DNA from: Hormiphora californensis
Lineage: Eukaryota; Animalia; Ctenophora
NCBI GenBank assembly: GCA_020137815.1
Contig: CM035353.1
Coordinates: 8,370,001 to 8,434,000 of the forward strand
Length of the DNA stretch: 64,000 bases
Reading direction: 5' to 3'
Shown: piece by piece, positions 63,595-64,000 of the stretch
How positions within the stretch are numbered: position 1 is the first letter of the stretch
How the letters are laid out: the number at the start of each line of letters is the position of its first letter
Made by a program: the position numbers and the translations under genes
The notes under the pieces: generated by a model
The model's input: only the letters and a program-made list of their open reading frames with translations
Databases searched by the model: none
What the model was told of the DNA's origin: nothing

Positions 63595-64000
63595 TTAGTT
63601 GTATAAAGATGTGAACTATAGCAGCTCCACATCCAGGGCCAGCACAAATTTGAGAGAAGGGTTCAATCTCATTACGCCAAGTGAGTATGGCAAAATCTTG
63701 GCACAAAAAAGGGTGAAAAATGTGCTACATTAAATTCTGAAGCTCTATGTGCTGCCCAGGTTTGTTAGGTTCCGGGGTATCGAATTATAATATATCCGGG
63801 TTGTCCAACATGCCATGATAGCACCCTTGGGTTCCTATCTCACCCAGAGACACTTGGAATACGACCAATATACCTAGAATATGGGGCTTTCACATCTCTC
63901 TCTCAACTAGTGTTGTTTATGTAACACGGTCATGCGATATTCACTGTCACTTGTCACGGGTCATTGACAGTCAATTGAACATCTGTAATGCGTAAGATGT

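Overview
Intron-rich animal genomic DNA, most likely a ctenophore. This is an inference from a spliced-leader-like 35-mer and a lineage-typical 'DLESTPLQIKT' domain. Main genes: 3' part of DDX39/UAP56 (+, 35-4369); an unknown multi-exon zinc-finger/coiled-coil gene (-, ~5240-10286); cathepsin D (-, 11589-13746); a ~21-kb secreted multi-EGF/VWC-like/His-rich/C-type-lectin gene (+, 19120-40092); and eIF4G (-, 43318-59107). Introns of the EGF gene hold two antisense protein genes (a Sushi-domain protein and a degenerate secreted SDR) and two tRNAs. An eIF4G intron holds an intronless, same-strand BBS12-like chaperonin ORF behind an in-frame splice acceptor. Introns and intergenic DNA are packed with palindromic MITEs of several superfamilies, a minisatellite-bearing insertion, LINE fragments and (GA)n microsatellites. 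The most striking signal is an exact 35-nt spliced-leader-like sequence heading two unrelated retro-insertions: an mRNA/LINE chimera and a small inverted hammerhead-ribozyme (Penelope-like) element with a target-site duplication. All exon models were read by eye.
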